Shown: positions 7,911 through 22,598 of the stretch, piece by piece
Layout: every line of letters starts with the position of its first letter
Position numbering within the stretch: the stretch's first letter is position 1
From: Patescibacteria group bacterium
GTDB taxonomy: Bacteria; Patescibacteriota; Saccharimonadia; UBA4664; SCTI01
Assembly: GCA_004297735.1 (NCBI GenBank)
Contig: SCTI01000001.1
Coordinates: 115,467 to 179,466 of the forward strand
Direction of reading: 5' to 3'
Length of the DNA stretch: 64,000 nucleotides
Position numbers and translations under genes: made by a program
The notes under the pieces: model-generated
The model's input: only the letters and a program-made list of their open reading frames with translations
The model's database searches: none
What the model was told of the DNA's origin: nothing

Positions 7911-10900
7911 TTGGCACAGGCCACCGAGCGTCGATTCTTTAACAAAAACCGCGAAGTTATCGCACTACCAAATTTAATTCAAAATCAAATTGCCTCGTTT
8001 GAGTGGTTCACCACCGAAGGCCTTAAGGAGCTGTTTGCTTCGGTTAGTCCAATTGAGGACTTTACCGGTAAGAGCCTAGCGCTCTACTTTAAGGACTTTT
8101 ACTTTGAAGAGCCCAAGATCGATGAGGCTACCGCTAAAGGTAAGAACATAACCTACGAAGTGCCGCTTAAGGCAGTGGTTGAGCTGGTTAATAAAGAGAC
8201 CGGCGAGAAGAAGAGCCAGGAAATCTTTTTGGGTGACTACCCCTGGATGACCAGTAAGGGCACCTTCATCATTAATGGTGTTGAGCGAGTAGTGATTAGC
8301 CAGTTGGTTCGTTCACCTGGCGTATTCTTTGCTTCCGACATGGTTGGCGACGAGCACCTATTTGGCGCCAAGGTTATTCCAAGCCGTGGAGCTTGGTTGG
8401 AGTTCGATACCGCTCCAAACGGCGTGATTTCGGTCAAGATTGATCGTAAGCGCAAGCTGCCGGTTACCACTCTGTTGCGCGCCTTTGGATTTGCCGATGA
8501 TTCCGAAATTAAAAGTCTGTTTAAAGACGTTGATACCGGTGAGGTTAAGTACATCAATGAGACCCTCGATAAGGACGCTACCAGCAACATGAGCGAGGCC
8601 TTGATGGAGGTTTATCGCCGGATTCGTCCGGGTGATTTGGCTACCGTTGATAACTCAAAGCAGTTGATTGAAGGCATGTTCTTTGACCCTAAGCGTTACG
8701 ACTTTTCGAAGGTCGGTCGCTACAAGATTAACCGCCGATTTGGTACCAAGGTGCCAAACACGGTTGAAAACCGCATCTTCCGCCGTGAGGATTTGGTAGA
8801 CATCTTGCGCGAGATCATCCGTCTTAACAACGACCCTCAGGCTAAGCCAGAGGATATTGATGATCTGTCAAACCGTCGCTTGCGAATGGTTGGTGAGCTG
8901 ATTCAGGATCGTTTCCGAATTGGTCTTTTGCGCATGGAGCGCAACGTTAAGGATAAGATGAGCTTGTACGACCGCGAGACAGTTACCCCAGGTCAGCTGG
9001 TTAACGTTCGACCGGTAGTGGCTAGCGTTAAGGAGTTCTTTGCTAGCTCGCAGTTGAGCCAGTTTATGAACCAAACCAACCCACTAGCCGAGATTGCGCA
9101 CAAGCGACGCTTAACCGCGACCGGCGCCGGTGGTTTAAGCCGCGAACGAGCCGGTTTTGAGGTGCGCGATGTACACCGTAGTCACTATGGTCGTATCTGC
9201 CCAATTGAAACTCCCGAAGGTCCAAACGTTGGTTTGGTGTCCAACCTGGCTACTTATACTCAAGTTAATGAGTACGGCTTTTTGGAAACTCCTTATCGCA
9301 AGGTACTAAATGAGGTTCCGGCGGCTGAGGCGGCGGGGCATATTGCTCGAACCAACATCAAAGACTCTAGTGGCAGTGTGATCGTAAAGACGGGTGAGGT
9401 TATCACCGCAGCAGCAGCTAAAAAGCTAGCTAAGCTAGACAGCGAAATGGTGCCGGTTAAGGCTAAGGTTACCAGCGACGTGGTCTACTTGGATTCTGCC
9501 GACGAAGCCCAGGCTGCTATCACCGAAGCTTCAACCCCACTAAACGATGACAACTACTTTGCTGAAAGTCGCGTACCGGTTCGTCGTGGTGGCGAGACGG
9601 TTGAGGCCGACTCAAACTTGGTCAACTACATGGATGTATCAAGTAAGCAAATCATCTCGGTTTCAACCGCTTTGATTCCATTTATTGAAAACGATGACCC
9701 GAAGCGAGCGCTGATGGGCGCGAACATGCAGAAGCAGGCCGTTTCGCTAGTTAAGCCAGAGGCGCCAGTGGTTGGTACCGGTATGGAGGCGATTGTGGCT
9801 CGCGATTCAGGTCAGGTGATTGTGGCCGAAGAGGATGGCGAGGTGATTACCGCTACCGCCAGCAAGATCGTGGTTAAGTACAAGAAAAAGGGCGAGCAAA
9901 CCTACGAGCTGATTAAGTTTTCGCGCAGCAACGAAGGCACCAGTGTTAACCAAAAGGTAGTGGTAACCAGCGGTCAGAAGCTCAAGCAGGGTGACGTGTT
10001 GGCCGATGGTATGTCGACCGATAATGGTGAGCTGGCGCTGGGCCAGAACGTGCTGGTGGCATTCATGTCATGGGGTGGTTACAACTTTGAGGACGCCATC
10101 ATTATCAGCCAGCGGTTGGTACAGGATGATCGTTACAGCTCAATTCACATTGAGACCTACGAGGTCGACGTGCGTGACACCAAGCTGGGGCCGGAGATTG
10201 TTACTCGAGACATTCCAAACGTTAGCGAAGACAGCCTTAAAGACTTGGACGAAAACGGTGTGGTCCGCATTGGTGCGGAGGTTAGCGCCGGAGACATTCT
10301 AGTCGGCAAGATTACTCCTAAGGGTGAGCAAGAGCTGTCGAGCGAAGAGCGTTTGCTGCGAGCCATCTTTGGCGAAAAGGCCCGCGACGTTAAAGATACC
10401 AGCCTGCGGATGCCAAACGGCGAACGTGGTAAGGTGGTTGGCGTTAAGGTCTTTAGCCGCGAAAACGGTGACGAGCTACAGGCCGGAGTAATCGAGCAGT
10501 ATCACGTATCGGTAGCTCAGCTACGTAAAATGAGCGCCGGCGACAAGATGGCCGGACGCCACGGTAACAAGGGTGTGGTTGCTAAGGTTGTGCCAATCGA
10601 GGATATGCCATATCTCGATGATGGTACTCCAGTCGACATGATTTTGAACCCGCTTGGCGTAAGTTCACGTATGAACATCGGACAGGTGTTTGAGACTCAC
10701 CTGGGTCTTGCCGCTCGAGCGCTGGGTTACAACGTGGCTACACCAGCCTTTGACGGTGTTAACGTCGAAAAGATTAAAGAAGAGCTCAAGCGAGCCGGCC
10801 TCCCCGATGATGGTAAGTCGCAGCTGTTTGACGGTAAGACCGGCGAGCCGTTCCAGGAGCGAACTACGGTTGGTTACAAGTACATGCTTAAGCTCGACCA

Positions 10901-11441
10901 CATGGTTGACGACAAGCTGCATGCTCGCTCAACCGGCCCATACGCTATGGTGACTCAGCAGCCACTTGGCGGTAAGGCACAACGTGGTGGTCAGCGCTTT
11001 GGTGAGATGGAGGTGTGGGCACTCGAAGCTTACGGTGCCGCTAACACCCTGCAGGAAATCCTGACTATTAAATCAGACGACGTGGTTGGTCGCTCAAAGG
11101 CCTACGAGGCCATCATTAAGGGCGAAGAGATCCGCGGACCACGTATCCCCGAGTCATTCAACGTGTTGGTTAAGGAGTTGCAGAGCTTAGGTATGGCAAT
11201 CGACTTAATCCGCGAAGATGGCGGCGAGGAAAAAGAGCTGGATGCCGAAGAGGTACTAAGCGACCAAATTACGGCTGAAGCCAATGAACTAGGAAACGAT
11301 AAGTTAATGAAGGGTGATGAGGTAGCTGATATGCCGCTGGTTGATTTAGCTGGTGGGCAAGAAGATCCATTAGAGGTTGAGGCAGAGGTCGCTGCCGAAG
11401 CCGCTACTACAGACGCCGTAACTACGGAGCAAGAGGCCTAA
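7911..11441 (+). CDS. rpoB: DNA-directed RNA polymerase beta subunit
   Basis: Highly conserved RpoB motifs throughout. Start assigned to TTG 7911 (AAGGAGG at 7897-7903, 7-nt spacer) rather than the track ATG at 7851. Confidence 0.95.
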   Translation: MAQATERRFFNKNREVIALPNLIQNQIASFEWFTTEGLKELFASVSPIEDFTGKSLALYFKDFYFEEPKIDEATAKGKNITYEVPLKAVVELVNKETGEKKSQEIFLGDYPWMTSKGTFIINGVERVVISQLVRSPGVFFASDMVGDEHLFGAKVIPSRGAWLEFDTAPNGVISVKIDRKRKLPVTTLLRAFGFADDSEIKSLFKDVDTGEVKYINETLDKDATSNMSEALMEVYRRIRPGDLATVDNSKQLIEGMFFDPKRYDFSKVGRYKINRRFGTKVPNTVENRIFRREDLVDILREIIRLNNDPQAKPEDIDDLSNRRLRMVGELIQDRFRIGLLRMERNVKDKMSLYDRETVTPGQLVNVRPVVASVKEFFASSQLSQFMNQTNPLAEIAHKRRLTATGAGGLSRERAGFEVRDVHRSHYGRICPIETPEGPNVGLVSNLATYTQVNEYGFLETPYRKVLNEVPAAEAAGHIARTNIKDSSGSVIVKTGEVITAAAAKKLAKLDSEMVPVKAKVTSDVVYLDSADEAQAAITEASTPLNDDNYFAESRVPVRRGGETVEADSNLVNYMDVSSKQIISVSTALIPFIENDDPKRALMGANMQKQAVSLVKPEAPVVGTGMEAIVARDSGQVIVAEEDGEVITATASKIVVKYKKKGEQTYELIKFSRSNEGTSVNQKVVVTSGQKLKQGDVLADGMSTDNGELALGQNVLVAFMSWGGYNFEDAIIISQRLVQDDRYSSIHIETYEVDVRDTKLGPEIVTRDIPNVSEDSLKDLDENGVVRIGAEVSAGDILVGKITPKGEQELSSEERLLRAIFGEKARDVKDTSLRMPNGERGKVVGVKVFSRENGDELQAGVIEQYHVSVAQLRKMSAGDKMAGRHGNKGVVAKVVPIEDMPYLDDGTPVDMILNPLGVSSRMNIGQVFETHLGLAARALGYNVATPAFDGVNVEKIKEELKRAGLPDDGKSQLFDGKTGEPFQERTTVGYKYMLKLDHMVDDKLHARSTGPYAMVTQQPLGGKAQRGGQRFGEMEVWALEAYGAANTLQEILTIKSDDVVGRSKAYEAIIKGEEIRGPRIPESFNVLVKELQSLGMAIDLIREDGGEEKELDAEEVLSDQITAEANELGNDKLMKGDEVADMPLVDLAGGQEDPLEVEAEVAAEAATTDAVTTEQEA

Positions 11442-11442
11442 G

Positions 11443-15339
<3,897 letters not shown>

Positions 15340-15387
15340 CGGATGAGCCAATTTCTGTTTAACTATCTAGGTCTATAAGGAACACAC

Positions 15388-15801
15388 ATGCCAACAATTA
15401 ATCAATTAATTCGTAAGCCACGCCAGTCTAAGGGACAGAAGTCAAACACTCCTGCCCTAGGCCGGACGTTGAACGCGCTTAAGGGTAAGACCTATGCCAA
15501 GGGTGCGCCCTTAAAGCGCGGTGTGTGTACCAAGGTGTCTACCACCACCCCAAAGAAGCCAAACTCGGCTTTGCGTAAGATTGCACGTGTACGCCTCTCT
15601 AACGGAATGGAAGTCACCGCTTACATTCCGGGTGAGGGCCACAACCTGCAGGAGCACAGCGTGGTACTGATCCGCGGTGGTCGTGTAAAGGACCTTCCGG
15701 GTGTGCGTTACCACATCGTGCGCGGTGCGCTTGATACCGCTGGTGTCAGCAACCGCAAGCAGGGTCGTAGCAAGTATGGCGCTAAAAAAGATAAGAGCTA
15801 A
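15388..15801 (+). CDS. rpsL: 30S ribosomal protein S12
   Basis: [10 protein letters not shown]... canonical S12. Confidence 0.97.
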   Translation: MPTINQLIRKPRQSKGQKSNTPALGRTLNALKGKTYAKGAPLKRGVCTKVSTTTPKKPNSALRKIARVRLSNGMEVTAYIPGEGHNLQEHSVVLIRGGRVKDLPGVRYHIVRGALDTAGVSNRKQGRSKYGAKKDKS

Positions 15802-15863
15802 CAATTTAATCACACCCGCCGTCTAATACGGAGCTCGGGTAGTAACTCATAAAGGAGTGAAGC

Positions 15864-16340
15864 ATGCCACGAAAAAAGACCAAGTCATTTAAACGCCAAA
15901 TCAACCCGGATCTTCAGTATCAGAGCGTATTGGTATCCAAGATGATCAACAAGATCATGCGCCATGGTAAAAAGCGTCTGGCTGAAAGCCTAATGTATGG
16001 CGCAATGAGCGAGATCAAAGAAAAGCTGAAGCAGGATCCGCTAGAAGTGTTTGAGACCGCGATTAAGAACGTCTCACCTCAGCTACAGGTACGAGCTAAG
16101 CGAATCGGCGGCGCCACCTACCAGGTACCAATGGAGGTCAAGGGCGATCGTAAGACTCACTTGGCCATGACTTGGATTCTTGATTCGGTGCGCAACAAGT
16201 CGGGTAAGCCGTTCGATAAGCTACTAGCCCAGGAGCTAATGGACGCTTACAATAACACCGGTGACGCAATTAAGAAAAAAGAAGACACCCACCGCATGGC
16301 CGAGGCCAACAAAGCCTTTGCTCACTTTGCGCGGTATTAA
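15864..16340 (+). CDS. rpsG: 30S ribosomal protein S7
   Basis: 158 aa with the S7 signature. Confidence 0.97.
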   Translation: MPRKKTKSFKRQINPDLQYQSVLVSKMINKIMRHGKKRLAESLMYGAMSEIKEKLKQDPLEVFETAIKNVSPQLQVRAKRIGGATYQVPMEVKGDRKTHLAMTWILDSVRNKSGKPFDKLLAQELMDAYNNTGDAIKKKEDTHRMAEANKAFAHFARY

Positions 16341-16360
16341 ATTAGAGGGAATGCACGATA

Positions 16361-18442
16361 ATGGCACGCGAATATAGTTTAGATAAAACTCGTAACATTG
16401 GCATCATTGCCCACATTGACGCTGGTAAAACCACCACTACCGAAGGTATTTTGTACCGTACCGGTAAGACTCACAAGATTGGTGAGGTTCATGAAGGCGA
16501 AGCCACCATGGACTGGATGGAGCAAGAGCAAGAGCGCGGTATTACCATTACCTCGGCTGCGACCACCTGTTTCTGGAACGATACTCGTATCAACATCATT
16601 GATACGCCGGGCCACATCGACTTTACCGTAGAGGTTGAGCGGTCTTTGCGCGTGCTCGACGGCGCGGTGACGGTGTTTGACGGCAAGATGGGTGTGGAGC
16701 CACAGTCGGAGACGGTTTGGCGTCAGGCCGACAAGTACGGCGTGCCTCGCATTTGTTTTATTAACAAGATTAACCAGACCGGCGGAGACTTTTACAAGAG
16801 TCTCGAGTCGATTCATGAGCGTTTGAGCAAGCGCGTCTACGCCATTCACCTGCCAATTGGTTTTGAGCAGAGCATCAACGGAATCGTTGATTTGGTTGAA
16901 ATGAAGGCCTTTACCTACGGCGACTACACCGACAAGGAGCTGAAAGAGGTTGAGATCCCAGCCGACATGAAGGAAAAGGTTGAACGCTACCGCAACCATT
17001 TGATTGAGGCGGCGGTTGAGGCCGATGACGACATGATGGAGAAGTATCTGGAAGGTAACGAGCTAACCGTTGAGGAGCTCAAGGGCTTGATCCGTAAGAG
17101 CGTGCTTTCGGGTGAGTTCTACGCCGTTAGTGGTGGCGATGGTCGCGGCGTGATTGTTGAAAAACTGCTTGATGCGGTGGTTGACTACCTACCAAGCCCG
17201 CTCGACGTTCCTCCAGTTACCGGTACCGATCCAAAGACCGGCGAGACCTTGCTGCGTAAAAGTAGCGACGAGGAGCCATTTTCGGCCCTCGCCTTTAAGA
17301 TTGCCGCCGACCCATTTGTTGGTAAGCTCGCCTTCTTCCGCGTTTACTCAGGTACGCTTAAGTCCGGTTCATACATTCTTAACTCAAGCACCGGCCAAAA
17401 GGAGCGCATCGGTCGAATCCTACGTATGCATGCCAACAGCCGCGAAGAAGTGCAAGAAGTGTACGCCGGTGAGATTGCCGCTGCCGTGGGTCTTAAGGGC
17501 ACCATGACCGGCCACACCATGAGCGATCAAGCTAACCCAATTATTCTTGAAAGCATCGAGTTCCCGGATCCAGTTATCCAGATCGCGATTGAGCCAAAGA
17601 CCAAGGCCGACCAAGAAAAGATGAGTTTAGCTCTCCAGCGCTTGGCCGAAGAGGATCCAACCTTCCGGGTTTCGACCAACCATGAGACCGGTCAGACCTT
17701 GATTGCCGGTATGGGTGAGCTTCACCTGGACATTTTGGTAGACCGCATGAAGCGTGAATTTAAGGTTGAGGCTAACATCGGTACACCACAGGTAGCGTAC
17801 CGTGAGACTATCCGCAAGCCGAATCAGGTTCAGGGCAAGTTTGTCCGTCAGTCGGGTGGACGCGGTCAGTATGGTGACGTCTGGCTAGAACTAACCCCAC
17901 AGGAGCCTGGTGCCGGCTTTGAGTTTGAAAACGCCATCGTTGGTGGTGTGATCCCACGCGAGTACATCAAGCCGGTCGAAGAGGGCGTTAAAGAGGCCAT
18001 GCAAAACGGCGTGTTGGCTGGCTACCCGGTAGTCGACATCAAGGCCAAGTTATACGACGGCTCGTACCACGATGTTGACTCCAGTGAAATGGCCTTTAAG
18101 ATTGCCGGTTCAATGGCGCTGCAAGAGGGTGTACGCAAGGGCGATCCAGTTATGTTGGAGCCGGTAATGAAGGTCGAGGTAACCGTACCAGAAGAGTTTA
18201 TGGGCGACGTAATTGGTGACATCAACTCCAAGCGTGGTCGTATCCAAGAAATGACCGATCGTGGTCAGGCCAAGGTGGTTCAGGCCTTTGTGCCACTGGC
18301 TGAGATGTTTGGTTATACCACTACCTTACGTTCGATGACCCAGGGCCGTGCCTCAAACTCAATGGAGTTTGATCACTACGCCGAGGTCCCACCTAACGTA
18401 GCCGAGGATATTATCGGCAAGCACGCCGCTTCTAAAGCCTAA
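16361..18442 (+). CDS. fusA: Elongation factor G
   Basis: G-domain [17 protein letters not shown]; 693 aa. Confidence 0.97.
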   Translation: MAREYSLDKTRNIGIIAHIDAGKTTTTEGILYRTGKTHKIGEVHEGEATMDWMEQEQERGITITSAATTCFWNDTRINIIDTPGHIDFTVEVERSLRVLDGAVTVFDGKMGVEPQSETVWRQADKYGVPRICFINKINQTGGDFYKSLESIHERLSKRVYAIHLPIGFEQSINGIVDLVEMKAFTYGDYTDKELKEVEIPADMKEKVERYRNHLIEAAVEADDDMMEKYLEGNELTVEELKGLIRKSVLSGEFYAVSGGDGRGVIVEKLLDAVVDYLPSPLDVPPVTGTDPKTGETLLRKSSDEEPFSALAFKIAADPFVGKLAFFRVYSGTLKSGSYILNSSTGQKERIGRILRMHANSREEVQEVYAGEIAAAVGLKGTMTGHTMSDQANPIILESIEFPDPVIQIAIEPKTKADQEKMSLALQRLAEEDPTFRVSTNHETGQTLIAGMGELHLDILVDRMKREFKVEANIGTPQVAYRETIRKPNQVQGKFVRQSGGRGQYGDVWLELTPQEPGAGFEFENAIVGGVIPREYIKPVEEGVKEAMQNGVLAGYPVVDIKAKLYDGSYHDVDSSEMAFKIAGSMALQEGVRKGDPVMLEPVMKVEVTVPEEFMGDVIGDINSKRGRIQEMTDRGQAKVVQAFVPLAEMFGYTTTLRSMTQGRASNSMEFDHYAEVPPNVAEDIIGKHAASKA

Positions 18443-18637
18443 GCGGCGGCTTCCGATTTACCTCTTTACAGAGGCGGAAATTCCTCCTATACTATGAGGG
18501 TCCGTTTTGGGCAGTTACTCTATTGCCTAAAATATTTAACAACTAATAAATGTTTCATTGCAGATCGCTGACTCTAGTCGCGACACCCTCGATTGGCAGG
18601 GTTAACAATCTGAAATGAAACAATAAAAGGAGAACCA

Positions 18638-19813
18638 ATGGCAGAATTTCAGCGAACCAAGCCCCACGTCAACGTTGGTACTATGGGTCACGTCGATCAC
18701 GGTAAAACTACCCTGACCGCTGCGATCACCACCGTATTGGCTAAGCGCTTGCCAGATGATATTAACAAGCCGGTTAATTACGACCAGATTGATAACGCTC
18801 CCGAAGAGAAGCAGCGCGGTATTACCATCGCCACCTCTCACCAGGAGTACAACAGCGAAAAGCGACACTACGCTCACGTTGATATGCCAGGTCACGCCGA
18901 CTACGTAAAGAACATGATTACCGGCGCTGCCCAGATTGATGGTGCTATCCTGGTAGTTAGTGCGGCTGACGGCCCAATGCCTCAGACCCGCGAGCACATC
19001 TTGCTGGCAAAGCAGGTTGGTGTTCCTTACATCCTCGTGTTCATGAACAAGATGGATATGGCCGATCCAGAGCTAGCCGAGCTAGTTGAGATGGAAATCC
19101 GCGAACTGTTGGCAGCTCAGGGCTTTGACGAGAATGCCCCAGTGATTAAGGGCTCGGCTCTAAAGGCGCTGGAAGGCGACAAAGAGTACGAGGATAAGAT
19201 CATGGAGCTGGTTGAAGCAATGGATGCTTCGATCCCAGAGCCAAAGCGTGAAGTTGATAAGCCGTTCATGATGGCCATTGAGGATGTGTTCTCAATTAAG
19301 GGCCGTGGTACGGTTGCTACCGGTCGCATCGATCAGGGCAAGTTGGCAGTAAACGACGAGGTTGAAATCGTTGGTATTCGCCCAACCAAAAAGACCACCG
19401 TTACCGGCGTAGAGATGTTCAAGAAGTTGCTACCTGATGCTCAGGCTGGTGACAACATTGGCGCCTTGCTCCGCGGTATTGAGCGAACCGATATTGAGCG
19501 CGGTCAGGTATTGGCCAAGCCAGGTTCAATCACTCCCCACACCGAGTTTGATGCTGAGGTTTACGTACTAAAGAAGGAAGAGGGCGGACGCCACACCCCA
19601 TTCTTTAAGGGCTACAAGCCACAGTTTTACATCCGAACCACCGATGTTACCGGCGAGATTCAGTTTGAAGGCGAAATGGTGATGCCGGGCGACAACGTTC
19701 AGATGAAGGTTAAGCTGATCGCTCCGATCGCCATGGAAGATGGCCTCCGCTTCGCTATTCGCGAGGGTGGACGCACCGTTGGAGCCGGAGTCGTAACTAA
19801 GATTACCAAGTAA
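18638..19813 (+). CDS. tuf: Elongation factor Tu
   Basis: [17 protein letters not shown]; 391 aa. Confidence 0.97.
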   Translation: MAEFQRTKPHVNVGTMGHVDHGKTTLTAAITTVLAKRLPDDINKPVNYDQIDNAPEEKQRGITIATSHQEYNSEKRHYAHVDMPGHADYVKNMITGAAQIDGAILVVSAADGPMPQTREHILLAKQVGVPYILVFMNKMDMADPELAELVEMEIRELLAAQGFDENAPVIKGSALKALEGDKEYEDKIMELVEAMDASIPEPKREVDKPFMMAIEDVFSIKGRGTVATGRIDQGKLAVNDEVEIVGIRPTKKTTVTGVEMFKKLLPDAQAGDNIGALLRGIERTDIERGQVLAKPGSITPHTEFDAEVYVLKKEEGGRHTPFFKGYKPQFYIRTTDVTGEIQFEGEMVMPGDNVQMKVKLIAPIAMEDGLRFAIREGGRTVGAGVVTKITK

Positions 19814-19822
19814 CACAGAACC

Positions 19823-20146
19823 ATGACCAAAGAAGACGCACCTAAACAACGAATTCGCATCCGCTTAAAGGCCTACGATAACAAGGTTATCGACCAGTCG
19901 GCCAAGCAGATTCTTGATACCGCTATTCGCACCGGCGCTAAGGTTGCGGGGCCAATTCCGCTCCCAACCGACCGCAAGGTGACCACGGTCATCAAGAGCC
20001 CGCACGTCTTTAAAAAGGGACGAGAGCAGTTTGAGATGCGAACTCACAAGCGGCTATTAGACATCACCGAGCCAACCCCACGAACCGTTGACTCGCTGAT
20101 GAACCTCAATTTGCCAGCTGGCGTCGATATTGAAATCAAGATGTAG
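19823..20146 (+). CDS. rpsJ: 30S ribosomal protein S10
   Basis: 107 aa with the S10 signature RIRLKAYD. Confidence 0.95.
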   Translation: MTKEDAPKQRIRIRLKAYDNKVIDQSAKQILDTAIRTGAKVAGPIPLPTDRKVTTVIKSPHVFKKGREQFEMRTHKRLLDITEPTPRTVDSLMNLNLPAGVDIEIKM

Positions 20147-20167
20147 CCATTAAGGCTGATCGCAAAG

Positions 20168-20196
20168 AAGTCCCGAAAGGGGCTTTTTTGTTTTTA
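20168..20196 (+). terminator. Rho-independent terminator after rpsJ
   Basis: aagtccc-gaaa-ggggctt stem-loop followed by tttttgttttt. Confidence 0.6.
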
Positions 20197-20329
20197 ACAT
20201 TCCAGATGTATTAGTTTAATACTACAAGCGCAGATATGAAATTAAGGCAATATTTGTAATTATTCACCAATGACAATATGATAAAGATAAGAGCATTGTA
20301 GAAATAGCTTAACAAAGGAGTTTTTAGTA

Positions 20330-20878
20330 ATGAAAGAGTATCTCCAAACAATGTGGTGGCTTTTGCTACTACGCGGCATATTTCTAATCCTACTAGGATT
20401 TTTTGCGGTGGTGTGGCCTGGTCTCACCCTGTACAGTTTTGCCCTCGGCTTTGCGTTGTACCTGGTGCTAGCAGGCATCGTCAATGCAATTAGCAGCCTG
20501 ATGGGTATTGGTAAGTTGCCACTGTGGTTTTTGTGGCTAGTGGTTGCCATTCTTGAGATTGGCGTAGGTGTATATGCACTTAAGCACCTGACTCTAACGG
20601 TGGCCACCATGATCTTGTTGGTAGGCCTGGTCTTTGTGGTCCGCGGCCTAATGGAGCTGATCTCCGCCTTTGGCGATGGCTTTGACGGCAAGCAGCGCAC
20701 CCTGTACGCCCTGTTGGGTGTATTGAGCTTGATTGCTGGTGTGGCGGTTTGGCTGTACCCGGTTGCGGGCGGCCTAGCCTTTACCTGGATCATTGGTTTG
20801 TACGGTATTGCGGCCGGCGCGTTCTTAATTGCGATGGCAATCGAGGCCAAGGGAGAGCTGAACAAGCTTGCGGCCTAA
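20330..20878 (+). CDS. HdeD/DUF308-like small multi-pass membrane protein
   Basis: 182 aa, about 6 TM helices, repeated W/G-rich helices typical of the HdeD family. Assignment is from general family appearance only. Confidence 0.5.
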   Translation: MKEYLQTMWWLLLLRGIFLILLGFFAVVWPGLTLYSFALGFALYLVLAGIVNAISSLMGIGKLPLWFLWLVVAILEIGVGVYALKHLTLTVATMILLVGLVFVVRGLMELISAFGDGFDGKQRTLYALLGVLSLIAGVAVWLYPVAGGLAFTWIIGLYGIAAGAFLIAMAIEAKGELNKLAA

Positions 20879-20991
20879 CTAGAGCGTCCATAACAGCCAC
20901 CCTTGATGCTCTGGGTGGCTGTTTGGATCTGCTTATGGTTGCGTTTAGATAAATCACAGGCCACAATGGGTGGCATACGGTAAGGAGAAGT

Positions 20992-21486
20992 ATGGATTTT
21001 CAGCAGGCAATTGAGTTTATGGCGGCGGTGTTAGTGGTAGCCGGTTCCGGAATTGTCTTGGGAGTGGCGATTAGAGGTAGAGGGCAGGTTAAGGCTCAAG
21101 CTCAAGCGAACCAAGCCCAGAGTAAGTTGGCTGATCTGTATGCAGAAATTATTGGTGAGTTGGACGAAGTTACAAAGGCCGATGAGCGGCGGAAGCAGTG
21201 GTTTATACATCGCTACTATCAAGCCTTGGTGACTGCTCCAGATTCGGTGATTCGGGCGCTCAACCGTTATCTCGACGCGGTTGGTACGGTCGAAGATGTT
21301 GATACCAAACAGATTATGGAGCTGCGTGGAGCCTTGATTAAGGCGATGAGACAGGATATTCAGCAGTCGGTAGGGACAAAAACCAAGCTGCACCCGCAGG
21401 AGCTTTACAAGATTGAGATCCGCTCTGGCGTAATTGATGAGGCGTCCGCCAAAGATACCCGCCGCGAAAGACAAACCTCACGCTAG
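20992..21486 (+). CDS. Hypothetical protein with an N-terminal TM helix and a coiled-coil region
   Basis: ORF track, 164 aa. Confidence 0.5.
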   Translation: MDFQQAIEFMAAVLVVAGSGIVLGVAIRGRGQVKAQAQANQAQSKLADLYAEIIGELDEVTKADERRKQWFIHRYYQALVTAPDSVIRALNRYLDAVGTVEDVDTKQIMELRGALIKAMRQDIQQSVGTKTKLHPQELYKIEIRSGVIDEASAKDTRRERQTSR

Positions 21487-21551
21487 TAGTAGTAAATTCC
21501 TAGCATAAGCAGTATTATCAAAAAGTAAAACTATCAAACGGAAGCAGTTAA

Positions 21552-22019
21552 ATGGCTAGACCAACACAGCGGCGAGTGTATCGCCAAGCTAGTGGCAATC
21601 AAAACCTCGCTAGTCGCTATAATAGCCGTCGCTGGTATGAAATTCCCGACTGGGCAAAGGTTTGGGTGGTGGATAATGCCGGATGGGTTACCGCTATCAT
21701 TGCGCTGGTTTTATTCCCACCGACTTTGCTAGCGCTGGTATTGGGGGTGTACCGACTGCCCTTCCTCGATTTTTTGGGTGTACCGACCAGCGCCAATGGG
21801 CTTGGTTTGGCCGCCGCGGTCTTAATTATTAAATTTATTTTTGTGGTGGCAGCGATCCGGCCGCTATTTAAACGAGAAATAAAGGGCTGGTATTTCCTGG
21901 TTGCCGCCGCCACTGTCCACTTGGCGCATAGTGTGATCCTCCAGCACGCTATTACTGGTACGGCAGTGCTATTGGGTACGGTGTATCTCTACGTTATGGT
22001 GCGCCGTCGATATCACTAA
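21552..22019 (+). CDS. Small membrane protein, paralog A of a tandem pair
   Basis: 155 aa. Shares the motifs W.V...W......LVLF.P..LLAL..G....PF and LF.R..I.GW with the next gene. Confidence 0.55.
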   Translation: MARPTQRRVYRQASGNQNLASRYNSRRWYEIPDWAKVWVVDNAGWVTAIIALVLFPPTLLALVLGVYRLPFLDFLGVPTSANGLGLAAAVLIIKFIFVVAAIRPLFKREIKGWYFLVAAATVHLAHSVILQHAITGTAVLLGTVYLYVMVRRRYH

Positions 22020-22082
22020 AGGTGTGTTTGCTTTAGTATAAGCATTAGTAGTATGATCACCTTGTAATAAAAGGAAATTATC

Positions 22083-22532
22083 ATGGCAACCTCCCAACCA
22101 CCAAAAGAGCTAATGGGATGGCTTGAATATTATTTAGTGACCAAGGCTCCGTTTCAGATCCCGCCCAACGCGCGTGAGTGGATTGTAAAATATAGCCCCT
22201 GGATTAACATCGTACTGTTAGTATTGTTCGCACCGGCAATTTTGCTTGCACTAGGAGTTGGAGCGGCGTTGGTGCCATTTAGTGCGGTCGGGGGAGCGAG
22301 TGCAGCCACCGGACTATCTTTTGCGCTGGTAGCCCTGGTGCTTCAAGTTGGCTTGATGATCGCTGCCCTACCTGGTTTGTTTGCGCGCAAAAAGATTGGT
22401 TGGCAACTGGTATTTTATAGTGTGGTGCTGAACCTGATCTTTAGCCTCCTTAACTTTAATATTGTTGGCGGTTTACTCAGCGCGGTATTAGGGTCATACG
22501 TTCTGTTCCAGATCAAGTCCTACTACAAATAG
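22083..22532 (+). CDS. Small membrane protein, paralog B of a tandem pair
   Basis: 149 aa. See the paralog at 21552..22019. Confidence 0.55.
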   Translation: MATSQPPKELMGWLEYYLVTKAPFQIPPNAREWIVKYSPWINIVLLVLFAPAILLALGVGAALVPFSAVGGASAATGLSFALVALVLQVGLMIAALPGLFARKKIGWQLVFYSVVLNLIFSLLNFNIVGGLLSAVLGSYVLFQIKSYYK

Positions 22533-22598
22533 GCCGAAGCCGCCTCGGGCCAAACATTAACCGTTGTCAGCTAACGATCTGAAGCGGATAATGACGAC

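Noticed and set aside
16379-16999. 206-aa minus-strand ORF, one of many 60-200-aa antisense ORFs inside fusA, rpoB, rpoC, tuf, secY and the ribosomal genes
   Set aside because: They overlap highly conserved, confidently identified genes on the opposite strand and have biased Arg/Ser/Leu-rich composition typical of antisense frames.
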